Part shown: positions 39,801 to 54,800 of the stretch, in pieces
Layout of the letters: each line of letters opens with the position of its first letter
How positions within the stretch are numbered: position 1 is the stretch's first letter
Assembly: GCA_964016885.1 (NCBI GenBank)
Contig: OZ024743.1
Coordinates: 211,172,001 to 211,236,000, forward strand
Length of the DNA: 64,000 nt
Reading direction: 5' to 3'
Origin: Eledone cirrhosa
Lineage: Eukaryota
Notes under the pieces: model-generated
What the model saw: the letters and a program-made list of their open reading frames with translations, nothing else
Told to the model about the DNA's origin: nothing
Databases searched by the model: none
Position numbers and translations under genes: made by a program

Positions 39801-42800
39801 ACAGACATGTGGTTAGAATGTCTGAGGAAAGAATCATTAGAGAGCTGTTCCAGGTAGAGCCACTAATTCACTGAAGTGAGAGAACACAGCTCTGATATTA
39901 CAGACATGTGGTTGGAATGTCTGAGGAAAGAATCACTAGAGAGCTGTTCCAGGTAGAGCCACTAATTCACTGAATTGAGAGATCATAGCTCTGATACTAC
40001 AGACATGAGGTTAGAATGTCTAAGGAAAGAATCACTATAGAGCTGTTCCAGGTAGAGCCGCTAATTCACTCAATTGAGAGATCATAGCTCTGATACTACA
40101 GACATGTGGTTAGAATGTCTGAGGAAAGAATCACTAGAGAGCTGTTCCAGGTAGAGCCACTAATTCGCTGAATTGAAAGATGACAGCTCTGATATTACAG
40201 ACATGTGGTTAGAATGTCTGAGGAAAGAATCACTAGAGAGCTGTTCCAGGTAGAGCCACTAGTTCACTGAATTGAGAGATCACAGCTCTGATATTACAGA
40301 CATGTGGTTAGAATGTCTGAGGAAAGAATCATTGGAGAGCTGTTCCAGGTAGAGCCACTAATTCACTGAATTGAGAGATTACAGCTCTGATATTACAGAC
40401 AGGTGGTTAGAATGTCTGAGGAAAGAATCACTAGAGAGCTGTTCCAGGTAGAGCCGCTAATTCACTGAATTGAGAGATCATAGCTCTGATACTACAGACA
40501 TGCGGTTAGAATGTCTGAGGAAAGAATCACTAGAGAGCTGTTCCAGGTAGAGCCACTAATTCACTGAATTGAGAGATCATAGCTCTGATACTACAGACAT
40601 GAGGTTAGAATGTCTAAGGAAAGAATCACTAGAGAGCTGTTCCAGGTAGAGCCGCTAATTCACTCAATTGAGAGATCATAGCTCTGATACTACAGACATG
40701 TGGTTAGAATGTCTGAGGAAAGAATCACTAGAGAGCTGTTCCAGGTAGAGCCACTAATTCACTGAATTGAAAGATCACAGCTCTGATATTACAGTCATGT
40801 GGTTAGAATGTCTGAGGAAAGAATCACTAGAGAGCTGTTCCAGGTAGAGCCACTAATTCACTGAATTGAGAGATCACAGCTCTGATACTATAGACATGGG
40901 GTTAGAATGTCTGAGGAAAGAATCACTAGAGAGCTGTTCCAGGTAGAGCCACTAATTCACTGAATTGAGTGATCACAATTCTGATATTACAGACATGTGG
41001 TTAGAATGTCTGAGGAAAGAATCACTGGAGAGATGTTCCAGGTAGAGCCACTAATTCACTGAATTGAGAGATCACAGCTCTGATATTACAGACATGTGGT
41101 TAGAATGTCTGAGGAAAGAATCACTGGAGAGCTGTTCCAGGTAGAGCCACTAATTCACTGAATTGAGAGATCACAGCTCTGATATTACAGACATGTGGTT
41201 AGAATGTCTGAGGAAAGAATCACTAGAGAGCTGTTCCAGGTAGAGCCGCTAATTCATTGAATTGAGAGATCACAGCTCTGATATTACAGACATGTGGTTA
41301 GAATGTCTCAGAAAAGAATCACTAGAGAGCTGTTCAAGTTAGAGCCACTAATTCACTGAATTGAGAGATCACAGCTCTGATATGACAGACATGTGGTTAG
41401 AATGTCTGAGGAAAGAATCACTAGAGAGCTGTTCCAGGTAGAGCCGCTAATTCATTGAATTGAGAGATCACAGCTCTGATATTACAGACATGTGGTTAGA
41501 ATGTCTCAGAAAAGAATCACTAGAGAGCTGTTCAAGGTAGAGCCACTAATTCACTGAATTGAGAGATCACAGCTCTGATATTACAGACATGTGTTTAGAA
41601 TGTCTGAGGAAAGAATCACTGGAGAGCTGTTCCAGGTAGAGCCACTAATTCACTGAATTGAGAGATCACAGCTCTGATATTACAGACATGTGGTTAGAAT
41701 GTCTGAGGAAAGAATCACTAGAGAGCTGTTCCAGGTAGAGCCGCTAATTCACTGAATTGAGAGATCATAGCTCTGATACTACAGACATGCGGTTAGAATG
41801 TCTGAGGAAAGAATCACTAGAGAGCTGTTCCAGGTAGAGCCGCTAATTCACTCAATTGAGAGATCATAGCTCTGATACTACAGACATGTGGTTAGAATGT
41901 CTCAGGAAAGAATCACTAGAGAGCTGTTCCAGGTAGAGCCACTAATTCACTGAATTGAGAGATCACAGCTCTGATATTACAGACATGTGGTTAGAATGTC
42001 TCAGGAAAGAATCACTAGAGACCTGTTCCAGGTAGAGCCACTAATTCACTGAATTGAGAGATCACAGCTCTGATATTACAGACATGTGGTTAGAATGTCT
42101 GAAGAAAGAATTACTAGAGAGCTGTTCCAGGTAGAGCCACTAATTCACTGAATTGAGACATTACAGCTCTGATATTACAGACATGTGGTTAGAATGTCTG
42201 AGGAAAGAATCACTAGAGAGCTGTTCCAGGTAGAGCCGCTAATTCACTGAATTGAGAGATCATAGCTCTGATACTACAGACATGTGGTTAGAATGTCTGA
42301 GGGAAAAATCACTAGAGAGCTGTTCCAGGTAGAGCCACTAATTCACTGAATTGAGAGATCACAGCTCTGATACTACAGACATGTGGTTAGAATGTCTGAG
42401 GAACGAATCACTAGAGAGCTGTTCCAGGTAGAGCCACTAATTCACCGAATTGAGAGAACATAACTTTGATACTACAGACGTGTGGTTAGAATGTCTCAGC
42501 AAAGAATCACTGGAGAGCTGTTCCAGGTAGAGCCACTAATTCACTGAATTGAGAGATCATAGCTCTGATATTACAGACATGTGGTTAGAATGTCTGAGGA
42601 AAGAATCACTAGAGAGCTGTTCCAGGTAGAGCCACTAATTCACTGAATTGAGAGATCACAATTCTGATATTACAGACATGTGGTTAGAATGTCTGAGTAA
42701 AGAATCACTGGAGAGCTGTTCCAGGTAGAGCCACTATTTCACTGAATTGAGAGATCACAGCTCTGATATTACAGACATGTGGTTAGAATGTCTGAGGAAA

Positions 42801-45800
42801 GAATCACTAGAGAGCTGTTCCAGGTAGAGCCACTAATTCACTGAATTGAGAGATCACAGCTCTGATATTACAGACATGTGGTTAGAATGTCTGAGGAAAG
42901 AATCACTAGAGAGCTGTTCCAGGTAGAGCCACTAATTCACTGAATTGAGATATCACAGCTCTGATATTACAGACATGGGGTTAGAATGTCTGAGGAAAGA
43001 ATCACTGGAGAGCTGTTCCAGGTAGAGCCGCTAATTCACTGAATTGAGAGATCATAGCTCTGATACTACAGACATGCGGTTAGAATGTCTGAGGAAAGAA
43101 TCACTAGAGAGCTGTTCCAGGTAGAGCCGCTAATTCACTGAATTGAGAGATCACAGCTCTGATACTACAGACATGTGGTTAGAATGTCTGAGGAACGAAT
43201 CACTAGAGAGCTGTTCCAGGTAGAGCCACTAATTCACCGAATTGAGAGAACATAACTTTGATACTACAGACATGTGGTTAGAATGTCTCAGCAAAGAATC
43301 ACTGGAGAGCTGTTCCAGGTAGAGCCACTAATTCACTGAATTGAGAGATCATAGCTCTGATATTACAGACATGTGGTTAGAATGTCTGAGGAAAGAATCA
43401 CTAGAGAGCTGTTCCAGGTAGAGCCACTAATTCACTGAATTGAGAGATCACAATTCTGATATTACAGACATGTGGTTAGAATGTCTGAGTAAAGAATCAC
43501 TGGAGAGCTGTTCCAGGTAGAGCCACTATTTCACTGAATTGAGAGATCACAGCTCTGATATTACAGACATGTGGTTAGAATGTCTGAGGAAAGAATCACT
43601 AGAGAGCTGTTCCAGGTAGAGCCACTAATTCACTGAATTGAGAGATCACAGCTCTGATATTACAGACATGTGGTTAGAATGTCTGAGGAAAGAATCACTA
43701 GAGAGCTGTTCCAGGTAGAGCCACTAATTCACTGAATTGAGATATCACAGCTCTGATATTACAGACATGGGGTTAGAATGTCTGAGGAAAGAATCACTGG
43801 AGAGCTGTTCCAGGTAGAGCCGCTAATTCACTGAATTGAGAGATCATAGCTCTGATACTACAGACATGCGGTTAGAATGTCTGAGGAAAGAATCACTAGA
43901 GAGCTGTTCCAGGTAGAGCCGCTAATTCACTGAATTGAGAGATCACAGCTCTGATACTACAGACATGTGGTTAGAATGTCTGAGGAAAGAATCACTAGAG
44001 AGCTGTTCCAGGTAGAGCCACTAATTCACTGAATTGAGAGATCACAGCTCTGATATTACAGACATGTGGTTAGAATGTCTCAGAAAAGAATCACTAGAGA
44101 GCTGTTCAAGGTAGTGCCACTAATTCACTGAATTGAGAGATCACAGCTCTGATATTACAGACATGTGTTTAGAATGTCTGAGGAAAGAATCACTGGAGAG
44201 CTGTTCCAGGTAGAGCCGCTAATTCACTGAATTGAGAGATCACAGCTCTGATATTACAGACATGTGGTTAGAATGTCTGAGGAAAGAATCACTAGAGAGC
44301 TGTTCCAGGTAGAGCCGCTAATTCACTGAATTGAGAGATCATAGCTCTGATACTACAGACATGAGGTTAGAATGTCTAAGGAAAGAATCACTAGAGAGCT
44401 GTTTCAGGTAGAGCCGCTAATTCACTCAATTGAGAGATCATAGCTCTGATACTACAGACATGTGGTTAGAATGTCTGAGGAAAGAATCACTAGAGAGCTG
44501 TTCCAGGTAGAGCCACTAATTCACTGAATTGAGAGATCACAGCTCTGATATTACAGACATGTGGTTAGAATGTCTGAGGAAAGAATCACTAGAGAGCTGT
44601 TCCAGGTAGAGCCACCAATTCACTGAATTGAGAGATCACAGCTCTGATATTACAGACATGTGGTTAGAATGTCTCAGGAAAGAATCACTAGAGACCTGTT
44701 CCAGGTAGAGCCGCTAATTCACTGAATTGAGAGATCACAGCTCTGATATTACAGACATGTGGTTAGAATGTCTGAGGAAAGAATCACTAGAGAGCTGTTC
44801 CAGGTAGAGCCACTAATTCACAGAATTGAGACATTACAGCTCTGATATTACAGACATGTGGTTAGAATGTCTGAGTAAAGAATCACTGGAGAGCTGTTCC
44901 ATGTAGAGCCACTAATTCACTGAATTGAGAGATCACAGCTCTGATATTACAGACATGTGGTTGGAATGTCTGAGGAAAGAATCACTAGAGAGCTGTTCCA
45001 GGTAGAGCCACTAATTCACTGAATTGAGAGATCATAGCTCTGATACTACAGACATGAGGTTAGAATGTCTAAGGAAAGAATCACTAGAGAGCTCTTCCAG
45101 GTAGAGCCGCTAATTCACTCAATTGAGAGATCATAGCTCTGATACTACAGACATGTGGTTAGAATGTCTGAGGAAAGAATCACTAGAGAGCTGTTCCAGG
45201 TAGAGCCACTAATTCGCTGAATTGAAAGATGACAGCTCTGATATTACAGACATGTGGTTAGAATGTCTGAGGAAAGAATCACTAGAGAGCTGTTCCAGGT
45301 AGAGCCACTAGTTCACTGAATTGAGAGATCACAGCTCTGATATTACAGACATGTGGTTAGAATGTCTGAGGAAAGAATCATTGGAGAGCTGTTCCAGGTA
45401 GAGCCACTAATTCACTGAATTGAGAGATTACAGCTCTGATATTACAGACAGGTGGTTAGAATGTCTGAGGCAAGAATCACTAGAGAGCTGTTCCAGGTAG
45501 AGCCGCTAATTCACTGAATTGAGAGATCATAGCTCTGATACTACAGACATGCGGTTAGAATGTCTGAGGAAAGAATCACTAGAGAGCTGTTCCAGGTAGA
45601 GCCACTAATTCACTGAATTGAGAGATCATAGCTCTGATACTACAGACATGAGGTTAGAATGTCTAAGGAAAGAATCACTAGAGAGCTGTTCCAGGTAGAG
45701 CCGCTAATTCACTCAATTGAGAGATCATAGCTCTGATACTACAGACATGTGGTTAGAATGTCTGAGGAAAGAATCACTAGAGAGCTGTTCCAGGTAGAGC

Positions 45801-48800
45801 CACTAATTCACTGAATTGAAAGATCACAGCTCTGATATTACAGACATGTGGTTAGAATGTCTGAGGAAAGAATCACTAGAGAGCTGTTCCAAGTAGAGCC
45901 ACTAGTTCACTGAATTGAGAGATCACAGCTCTGATATTACAGACATGTGGTTAGAATGTCTGAGGAAAGAATCACTGGAGAGCTGTTCCAGGTAGAGCCA
46001 CTAATTCATTGAATTGAGAGATTACAGCTCTGATATTACAGACAGGTGGTTGGAATGTCTGAGGAAAGAATCACTAGAGAGCTGTTCCAGGTAGAGCCGC
46101 TAATTCACTGAATTGAGAGATCATAGCTCTAATACTACAGACATGCGGTTAGAATGTCTGAGGAAAGAATCACTAGAGAGCTGTTCCAGGTAGAGCCGCT
46201 AATTCACTGAATTGAGAGATCATAGCTCTGATACTACAGACATGTGGTTAGAATGTCTCAGGAAAGAATCACTGGAGAGCTGTTCCAGGTAGAGCCACTA
46301 GTTCACTGAATTGAGAGATCACAGCTCCGATATTACAGACATGTGGTTAGAATGTCTGAGGAAAGAATCACTGGAGAGCTGTTCCAGGTAGAGCCACTAA
46401 TTCACTGAATTGAGAGATTACAGCTCTGATATTACAGACAGGTGGTTAGAATGTCTGAGGAAAGAATCACTAGAGAGCTGTTCCAGGTAGAGCCGCTAAT
46501 TCACTGAATTGAGAGATCATAGCTCTGATACTACAGACATGCGGTTAGAATGTCTGAGGAAAGAATCACTAGAGAGCTGTTCCAGGTAGAGCCGCTAATT
46601 CACTGAATTGAGAGATCATAGCTCTGATACTACAGACATGCGGTTAGAATGGCTGAGGAAAGAATCACTAGAGAGCTGTTCCAGGTAGAGCCGCTAATTC
46701 ACTGAATTGAGAGATCATAGCTCTGATACTACAGACATGTGGTTAGAATGTCTGAGGAAAGAATCACTAGAGAGCTGTTCCAGGTAGAGCCACTAATTCA
46801 CTGAATTGAGAGATCACAGCTCTGATATTACAGACATGGGGTTAGAATGTCTCAGGAAAGAATCACTAGAGAGCTGTTCAAGGTAGAGCCACTAATTCAC
46901 TGAATTGAGAGATCACAGCTCTGATATTACAGACATGTGGTTTGAATGTCTGAGGAAAGAATCACTGGAGAGCTGTTCCAGGTAGAGCCACTAATTCACT
47001 GAATTGAGAGATCACAGCTCTGATATTACAGACATGTGGTTAGAATGTTTGAGGAAAGAATCACTAGAGAGCTGTTCCAGGTAGAGCCACTAATTCACTG
47101 AATTGAGACATTACAGCTCTGATATTACAGACATGTGGTTAGAATGTCTCAGGAAAGAATCACTAGAGACCTGTTCCAGGTAGAGCGACTAATTCACTGA
47201 ATTGAGAGATCACAGCTCTGATATTACAGACATGTGGTTAGAATGTCTGAGGAAAGAATCATTAGAGAGCTGTTCCAGGTAGAGCCACTAATTCACTGAA
47301 GTGAGAGAACACAGCTCTGATATTACAGACATGTGGTTGGAATGTCTGAGGAAAGAATCACTAGAGAGCTGTTCCAGGTAGAGCCACTAATTCACTGAAT
47401 TGAGAGATCATAGCTCTGATACTACAGACATGAGGTTAGAATGTCTAAGGAAAGAATCACTATAGAGCTGTTCCAGGTAGAGCCGCTAATTCACTCAATT
47501 GAGAGATCATAGCTCTGATACTACAGACATGTGGTTAGAATGTCTGAGGAAAGAATCACTAGAGAGCTGTTCCAGGTAGAGCCACTAATTCGCTGAATTG
47601 AAAGATGACAGCTCTGATATTACAGACATGTGGTTAGAATGTCTGAGGAAAGAATCACTAGAGAGCTGTTCCAGGTAGAGCCACTAGTTCACTGAATTGA
47701 GAGATCACAGCTCTGATATTACAGACATGTGGTTAGAATGTCTGAGGAAAGAATCATTGGAGAGCTGTTCCAGGTAGAGCCACTAATTCACTGAATTGAG
47801 AGATTACAGCTCTGATATTACAGACAGGTGGTTAGAATGTCTGAGGAAAGAATCACTAGAGAGCTGTTCCAGGTAGAGCCGCTAATTCACTGAATTGAGA
47901 GATCATAGCTCTGATACTACAGACATGCGGTTAGAATGTCTGAGGAAAGAATCACTAGAGAGCTGTTCCAGGTAGAGCCACTAATTCACTGAATTGAGAG
48001 ATCATAGCTCTGATACTACAGACATGAGGTTAGAATGTCTAAGGAAAGAATCACTAGAGAGCTGTTCCAGGTAGAGCCGCTAATTCACTCAATTGAGAGA
48101 TCATAGCTCTGATACTACAGACACGTGGTTAGAATGTCTGAGGAAAGAATCACTAGAGAGCTGTTCCAGGTAGAGCCACTAATTCACTGAATTGAAAGAT
48201 CACAGCTCTGATATTACAGTCATGTGGTTAGAATGTCTGAGGAAAGAATCACTAGAGAGCTGTTCCAGGTAGAGCCACTAGTTCACTGAATTGAGAGATC
48301 ACAGCTCTGATATTACAGACATGTGGTTAGAATGTCTGAGGAAAGAATCACTGGAGAGCTGTTCCAGGTAGAGCCACTAATTCACTGAATTGAGAGATTA
48401 CAGCTCTGATATTACAGACAGGTGGTTAGAATGTCTGAGGAAAGAATCACTAGAGAGCTGTTCCAGGTACAGCCGCTAATTCACTGAATTGAGAGATCAT
48501 AGCTCTGATACTACAGACATGCGGTTAGAATGTCTGAGGAAAGAATCACTAGAGAGCTGTTCCAGGTAGAGCCGCTAATTCACTGAATTGAGAGATCATA
48601 GCTCTGATACTACAGACAATTGGTTAGAATGTCTCAGGAAAGAATCACTGGAGAGCTGTTCCAGGTAGAGCCACTAATTCACTGAATTGAGAGATCACAG
48701 CTCTGATATTACAGACATATGGTTAGAATGTCTGAGGAAAGAATCACTAGAGAGCTGTTCCAGGTAGAGCCACTAATTCACTGAATTGAGACATTACAGC

Positions 48801-51800
48801 TCTTATATTACAGACATGTGGTTAGAATGTCTGAGGAAAGAATCACTAGAGAGCTGTTCCAGGTAGAGCCGCTAATTCACTGAATTGAGAGATCATAGCT
48901 CTGATACTACAGACATGTGGTTAGAATGTCTCAGGAAAGAATCACTGGAGAGCTGTTCCAGGTAGAGCCACTAGTTCACTGAATTGAGAGATCACAGCTC
49001 TGATATTACAGACATGTGGTTAGAATGTCTGAGGAAAGAATCACTGGAGAGCTGTTCCAGGTAGAGCCACTAATTCACTGAATTGAGAGATTACAGCTCT
49101 GATATGACAGACAGGTGGTTAGAATGTCTGAGGAAAGAATCACTAGAGAGCTGTTCCAGGTAGAGCCGCTAATTCACTGAATTGAGAGATCATAGCTCTG
49201 ATACTACAGACATGCGGTTAGAATGTCTGAGGAAAGAATCACTAGAGAGCTGTTCCAGGTAGAGCCGCTAATTCACTGAATTGAGAGATCATAGCTCTGA
49301 TACTACAGACATGTGGTTAGAATGTCTGAGGAAAGAATCACTAGAGAGCTGTTCCAGGTAGAGCCACTAATTCACTGAATTGAGAGATCACAGCTCTGAT
49401 ATTACAGACATGGGGTTAGAATGTCTCAGGAAAGAATCACTAGAGAGCTGTTCAAGGTAGAGCCACTAATTCACTGAATTGAGAGATCACAGCTCTGATA
49501 TTACAGACATGTGGTTTGAATGTCTGAGGAAAGAATCACTGGAGAGCTGTTCCAGGTAGAGCCACTAATTCACTGAATTGAGAGATCACAGCTCTGATAT
49601 TACAGACATGTGGTTAGAATGTCTGAGGAAAGAATCACTAGAGAGCTGTTCCAGGTAGAGCCGCTAATTCACTGAATTGAGAGATCATAGCTCTGATACT
49701 ACAGACATGTGTTTAGAATGTCTCAGGAAAGAATCACTGGAGAGCTGTTCCAGGTAGAGCCGCTAATTCACTGAATCGAGAGATCATAGCTCTGATACTA
49801 CAGACATGTGGTTAGAATGTTTGAGGAAAGAATCACTAGAGAGCTGTTCCAGGTAGAGCCGCTACTTCACTGAATTGAGAGATCATAGCTCTGATACTAC
49901 AGACATGTGGTTAGAATGTTTGAGGAAAGAATCACTAGAGAGCTGTTCCAGGTAGAGCCACTAATTCACTGAATTGAGAGATCACAGCTCTGATATTACA
50001 GACATGGGGTTAGAATGTCTCAGGAAAGAATCACTAGAGAGCTGTTCAAGGTAGAGCCACTAATTCACTGAATTGAGAGATCACAGCTCTGATATTACAG
50101 ACATGTGGTTAGAATGTCTGAGGAAAGAATCACTGGAGAGCTGTTCCAGGTAGAGCCACTAATTCACTGAATTGAGACATTACAGCTCTGATATTACAGA
50201 CATGTGGTTAGAATGTCTGAGGAAAGAATCACTGGAGAGCTGTTCCAGGTCGAGCCACTACTTCACTGAATTGAGAGATCATAGCTCTGATATTACAGAC
50301 ATGCGGTTAGAATGTCTGAGGAAAGAATCACTAGAGAGCTGTTCCAGGTAGAGCCGCTAATTCACTCAATTGAGAGATCACAGCTCTGATATTACAGACA
50401 TGTGGTTAGAATGTCTGAGGAAAGAATCACTAGAGAGCTGTTCCAGGTAGAGCCACTAATTCACTGAATTGAGAGATCACAGCTCTGATAATACAGACAT
50501 GTGGTTAGAATGTCTGAGGAAAGAATCACTAGAGAGCTGTTCCAGGTAGAGCCACTATTTCACTGAATTGAGACATTACAGCTCTGATATTACAGACATG
50601 TGGTTAGAATGTCTGAGTAAAGAATCACTGGAGAGCTGTTCCAGGTAGAGCCACTAATTCACTGAATTGAGAGATCACAGCTCTGATATTACAGACATGT
50701 GGTTAGAATGTCTGAGGAAAGAATCACTAGAGAGCTGTTCCTGGTAGAGCCACTAATTCACTGAATTGAGAGATCACAGCTCTGATATTACAGACATGTG
50801 GTTAGAATGTCTGAGGAAAGAATCACTGGAGAGCTGTTCCAGGTAGAGCCACTAATTCACTGAATTGAGAGATCACAGCTCTGATATTACAGACATGTGG
50901 TTAGAATGTCTGAGGAAAGAATCACTAGAGAGCTGTTCCAGGTAGAGCCACTAATTCACTGAATTGAGAGATCACAGCTCTCATATTACAGACATGTGGT
51001 TAGAATGTCTAAGGAAAGAATCACTAGAGAGCTGTTCCAGGTAGAGCCACTAATTCACTGAATTGAGACATTACAGCTCTGATATTACAGACATGTGGTT
51101 AGAATGTCTGAGGAAAGAATCACTAGAGAGCTGTTCCAGGTAGAGCCGCTAATTCACTGAATTGAGAGATCATAGCTCTGATACTACAGACATGTGGTTA
51201 GAATGTCTCAGGAAAGAATCACTGGATAGCTGTTCCAGGTAGAGCCACTAATTCACTGAATTGAGAGATCATAGCTCTGATATTACAGACATGTGGTTAG
51301 AATGTCTGAGGAAAGAATCAGTAGAGAGCTGTTCCAGGTAGAGCCACTAATTCACTGAATTGAGAGATCACAATTCTGATATTACAGACATGTGGTTAGA
51401 ATGTCTGAGTAAAGAATCACTGGAGAGCTGTTCCAGGTAGAGCCACTAATTCACAGAATTGAGAGATCACAGCTCTGATATTACAGACATGTGGTTAGAA
51501 TGTCTGAGGAAAGAATCACTAGAGAGCTGTTCCAGGTAGAGCCACTAATTCACTGAATTGAGAGATCACAGCTCCGATATTACAGACATGTTAGAATGTC
51601 TGAGGAAAGAATCACTAGAGAGCTGTTCCAGGTATAGCCACTAATTCACTGAATTGAGAGATCACAGCTCTGATATTACAGACATGTGGTTAGAATGTCT
51701 GAGGAAAGAATCACTAGAGAGCTGTTCCAGGTAGAGCCACTAATTCACTGAATTGAGAGATTACAGCTCTGATATTACAGACAGGGGGTTAGAATGTCTG

Positions 51801-54800
51801 AGGAAAGAATCACTAGAGAGCTGTTCCAGGTAGAGCCGCTAATTCACTGAATTGAGAGATCATAGCTCTGATACTACAGACATGCGGTTAGAATGTCTGA
51901 GGAAAGAATCACTAGAGAGCTGTTCCAGGTAGAGCCGCTAATTCACTGAATTGAGAGATCATAGCTCTGATACTATAGACATGCGGTTAGAATGTCTGGG
52001 GAAAGAATCACTAGAGAGCTGTTCAAGGTAGAGCCACTAATTCACTGAATTGAGAGATCACAGCTCTGATATTACAGACATGTGGTTAGAATGTCTGAGG
52101 AAAGAATCACTGGAGAGCTGTTCCAGGTAGAGCCACTAATTCACTGAATTGAGAGATCACAGCTCTGATATTACAGACATGCGGTTAGAATGTCTGAGGA
52201 AACAATCACTAGAGAGCTGTTCCAGGTAGAGCCGCTAATTCATTGAATTGAGAGATCACAGCTCTGATATTACAGACATGTGGTTAGAATGTCTCAGAAA
52301 AGAATCACTAGCGAGCTGTTCAAGGTAGAGCCACTAATTCACTGAATTGAGAGATCACAGCTCTGATATTACAGACATGTGTTTAGAATGTCTGAGGAAA
52401 GAATCACTGGAGAGCTGTTCCAGGTAGAGCCACTAATTCACTGAATTGAGAGATCACAGCTCTGATATTACAGACATGTGGTTAGAATGTCTGAGGAAAG
52501 AATCACTAGGGAGCTGTTCCAGGTAGAGCCGCTAATTCACTCAATTGAGAGATCATAGCTCTGATACTACAGATATGTGGTTAGAATGTCTGAGGAAAGA
52601 ATCACTAGAGAGCTGTTCCAGGTAGAGCCACTAATTCACTGAATTGAGGGATCACTGCTCTGATATTACAGACATGTGGTTAGAACGTCTCAGGAAAGAA
52701 TCAATAGAGACCTGTTCCAGGTAGAGCCACTAATTCACTGAATTGAGAGAACACAGCTCTGATATTACAGACATGTCGTTAGAATGTCTGAGTAAAGAAT
52801 CACTGGAGAGCTGTTCCAGGTAGAACCACTAATTCACTGAATTGAGAGATCACAGCTCTGATATTACAGACATGTGGTTAGAATGTCTGAGGAAAGAATC
52901 ACTAGAGAGCTGTTCCAGGTAGAGCCGCTAATTCACTGAATTGAGAGATCATAGCTCTGATACTACAGACATGCGGTTAGAATGTCTGAGGAAAGTATCA
53001 CTAGAGAGCTGTTCCAGGTAGAGCCGCTAATTCACTGAATTGAGAGATCATAGCTCTGATATTACAGACATGTGGTTAGAATGTCTCAGGAAAGAATCAC
53101 TGGAGAGCTGTTCCAGGTAGAGCCACTAATTCACTGAATTGAGAGATCATAGCTCTGATATTACAGACATGTGGTTAGAATGTCTGAGGAAAGAATCACT
53201 AGAGAGCTGTTCCAGGTACAGCCACTAATTTACTGAATTGAGAGATCACAGCTCTGATATTACAGACATGGTGTTAGAATGTCTGAGGAAAGAATTACTA
53301 GAAAGCTGTTCCAGGTGGAGCCACTAATTCACTGAATTGAGAGATCATAGCTCTGATACTACAGACATGTGGTTAGAATGTCTGAGGAAAGAATCACTAG
53401 AGAGCTGTTCCAGGTAGAGCCACTAATTCACTGAATTGAGAGATCACAGCTCTGATAATACAGACATGTGGTTAGAATGTCTGAGGAAAGTGTCACTAGA
53501 GAGCTGTTCCAGGTAGAGCCACTAATTTACCGAATTGAGAGATCATAGCTCTGATACTACAGACATGTGGTTAGAATGTCTGAGGAAAGAATCACTAGAG
53601 AGCTGTTCCAGGTAGAGCCACTAATTCACTGAATTGAGAGATCACTGCTCTGATATTACAGACATGTGGTTAGAACGTCTCAGGAAAGAATCACTAGAGA
53701 CCTGTTCCAGGTAGAGCCACTAATTCACTGAATTGAGAGATCACAGCTCTGATATTACAGACATGTCGTTAGAATGTCTGAGTAAAGAATCACTGGAGAG
53801 CTGTTCCAGGTAGAGCCACTAATTCACTGAATTGAGAGATCACAGCTCTGATATTACAGACATGTGGTTGGAATGTCTGAGGAAAGAATCACTAGAGAGC
53901 TGTTCCAGGTAGAGCCGCTAATTCACTGAATTGAGAGATCATAGCTCTGATACTACAGACATGCGGTTAGAATGTCTGAGGAAAGTATCACTAGAGAGCT
54001 GTTCCAGGTAGAGCCGCTAATTCACTGAATTGAGAGATCATAGCTCTGATATTACAGACATGTGGTTAGAATGTCTCAGGAAAGAATCACTGGAGAGCTG
54101 TTCCAGGTAGAGCCACTAATTCACTGAATTGAGAGATCACAGCTCTGATATTACAGACATGTGGTTAGAATGTCTGAGGAAAGAATCACTAGAGAGCTGT
54201 TCCAGGTAGAGCCGCTAAGTCACTGAATTGAGAGATCACAGCTTTGATATTACAGACATGTGGTTAGAATATCTGAGGAAAGAATCACTAGAGAGCTGTT
54301 CCAGGTAGAGCCACTAATTCACTGAATTGAGAGATCATAGCTCTGATACTACAGACATGGGGTTAGAATGTCTGAGGAAAGAATCACTAGAGAGCTGTTC
54401 CAGGTAGAGCCACTAATTCACCGAATTGAGAGATCATGGCTCTGATACTACAGACGTGTGGTTAGAATGTCTGAGGAAAGAATCACTAGAGAGCTGTTCC
54501 AGGTAGAGCCACTAATTCACTGAATTGAGAGATCATAGCTCTGATATTACAGACATGTGGTTAGAATGTCTGAGGAAAGAATCACTAGAGAGCTGTTCCA
54601 GGTACAGCCACTAATTTACTGAATTGAGAGATCACAGCTCTGATATTACAGACATGGGGTTAGAATGTCTGAGGAAAGAATTACTAGAAAGCTGTTCCAG
54701 GTGGAGCCACTAATTCACTGAATTGAGAGATCATAGCTCTGATACTACAGACATGTGGTTAGAATGTCTGAGGAAAGAATCACTAGAGAGCTGTTCCAGG

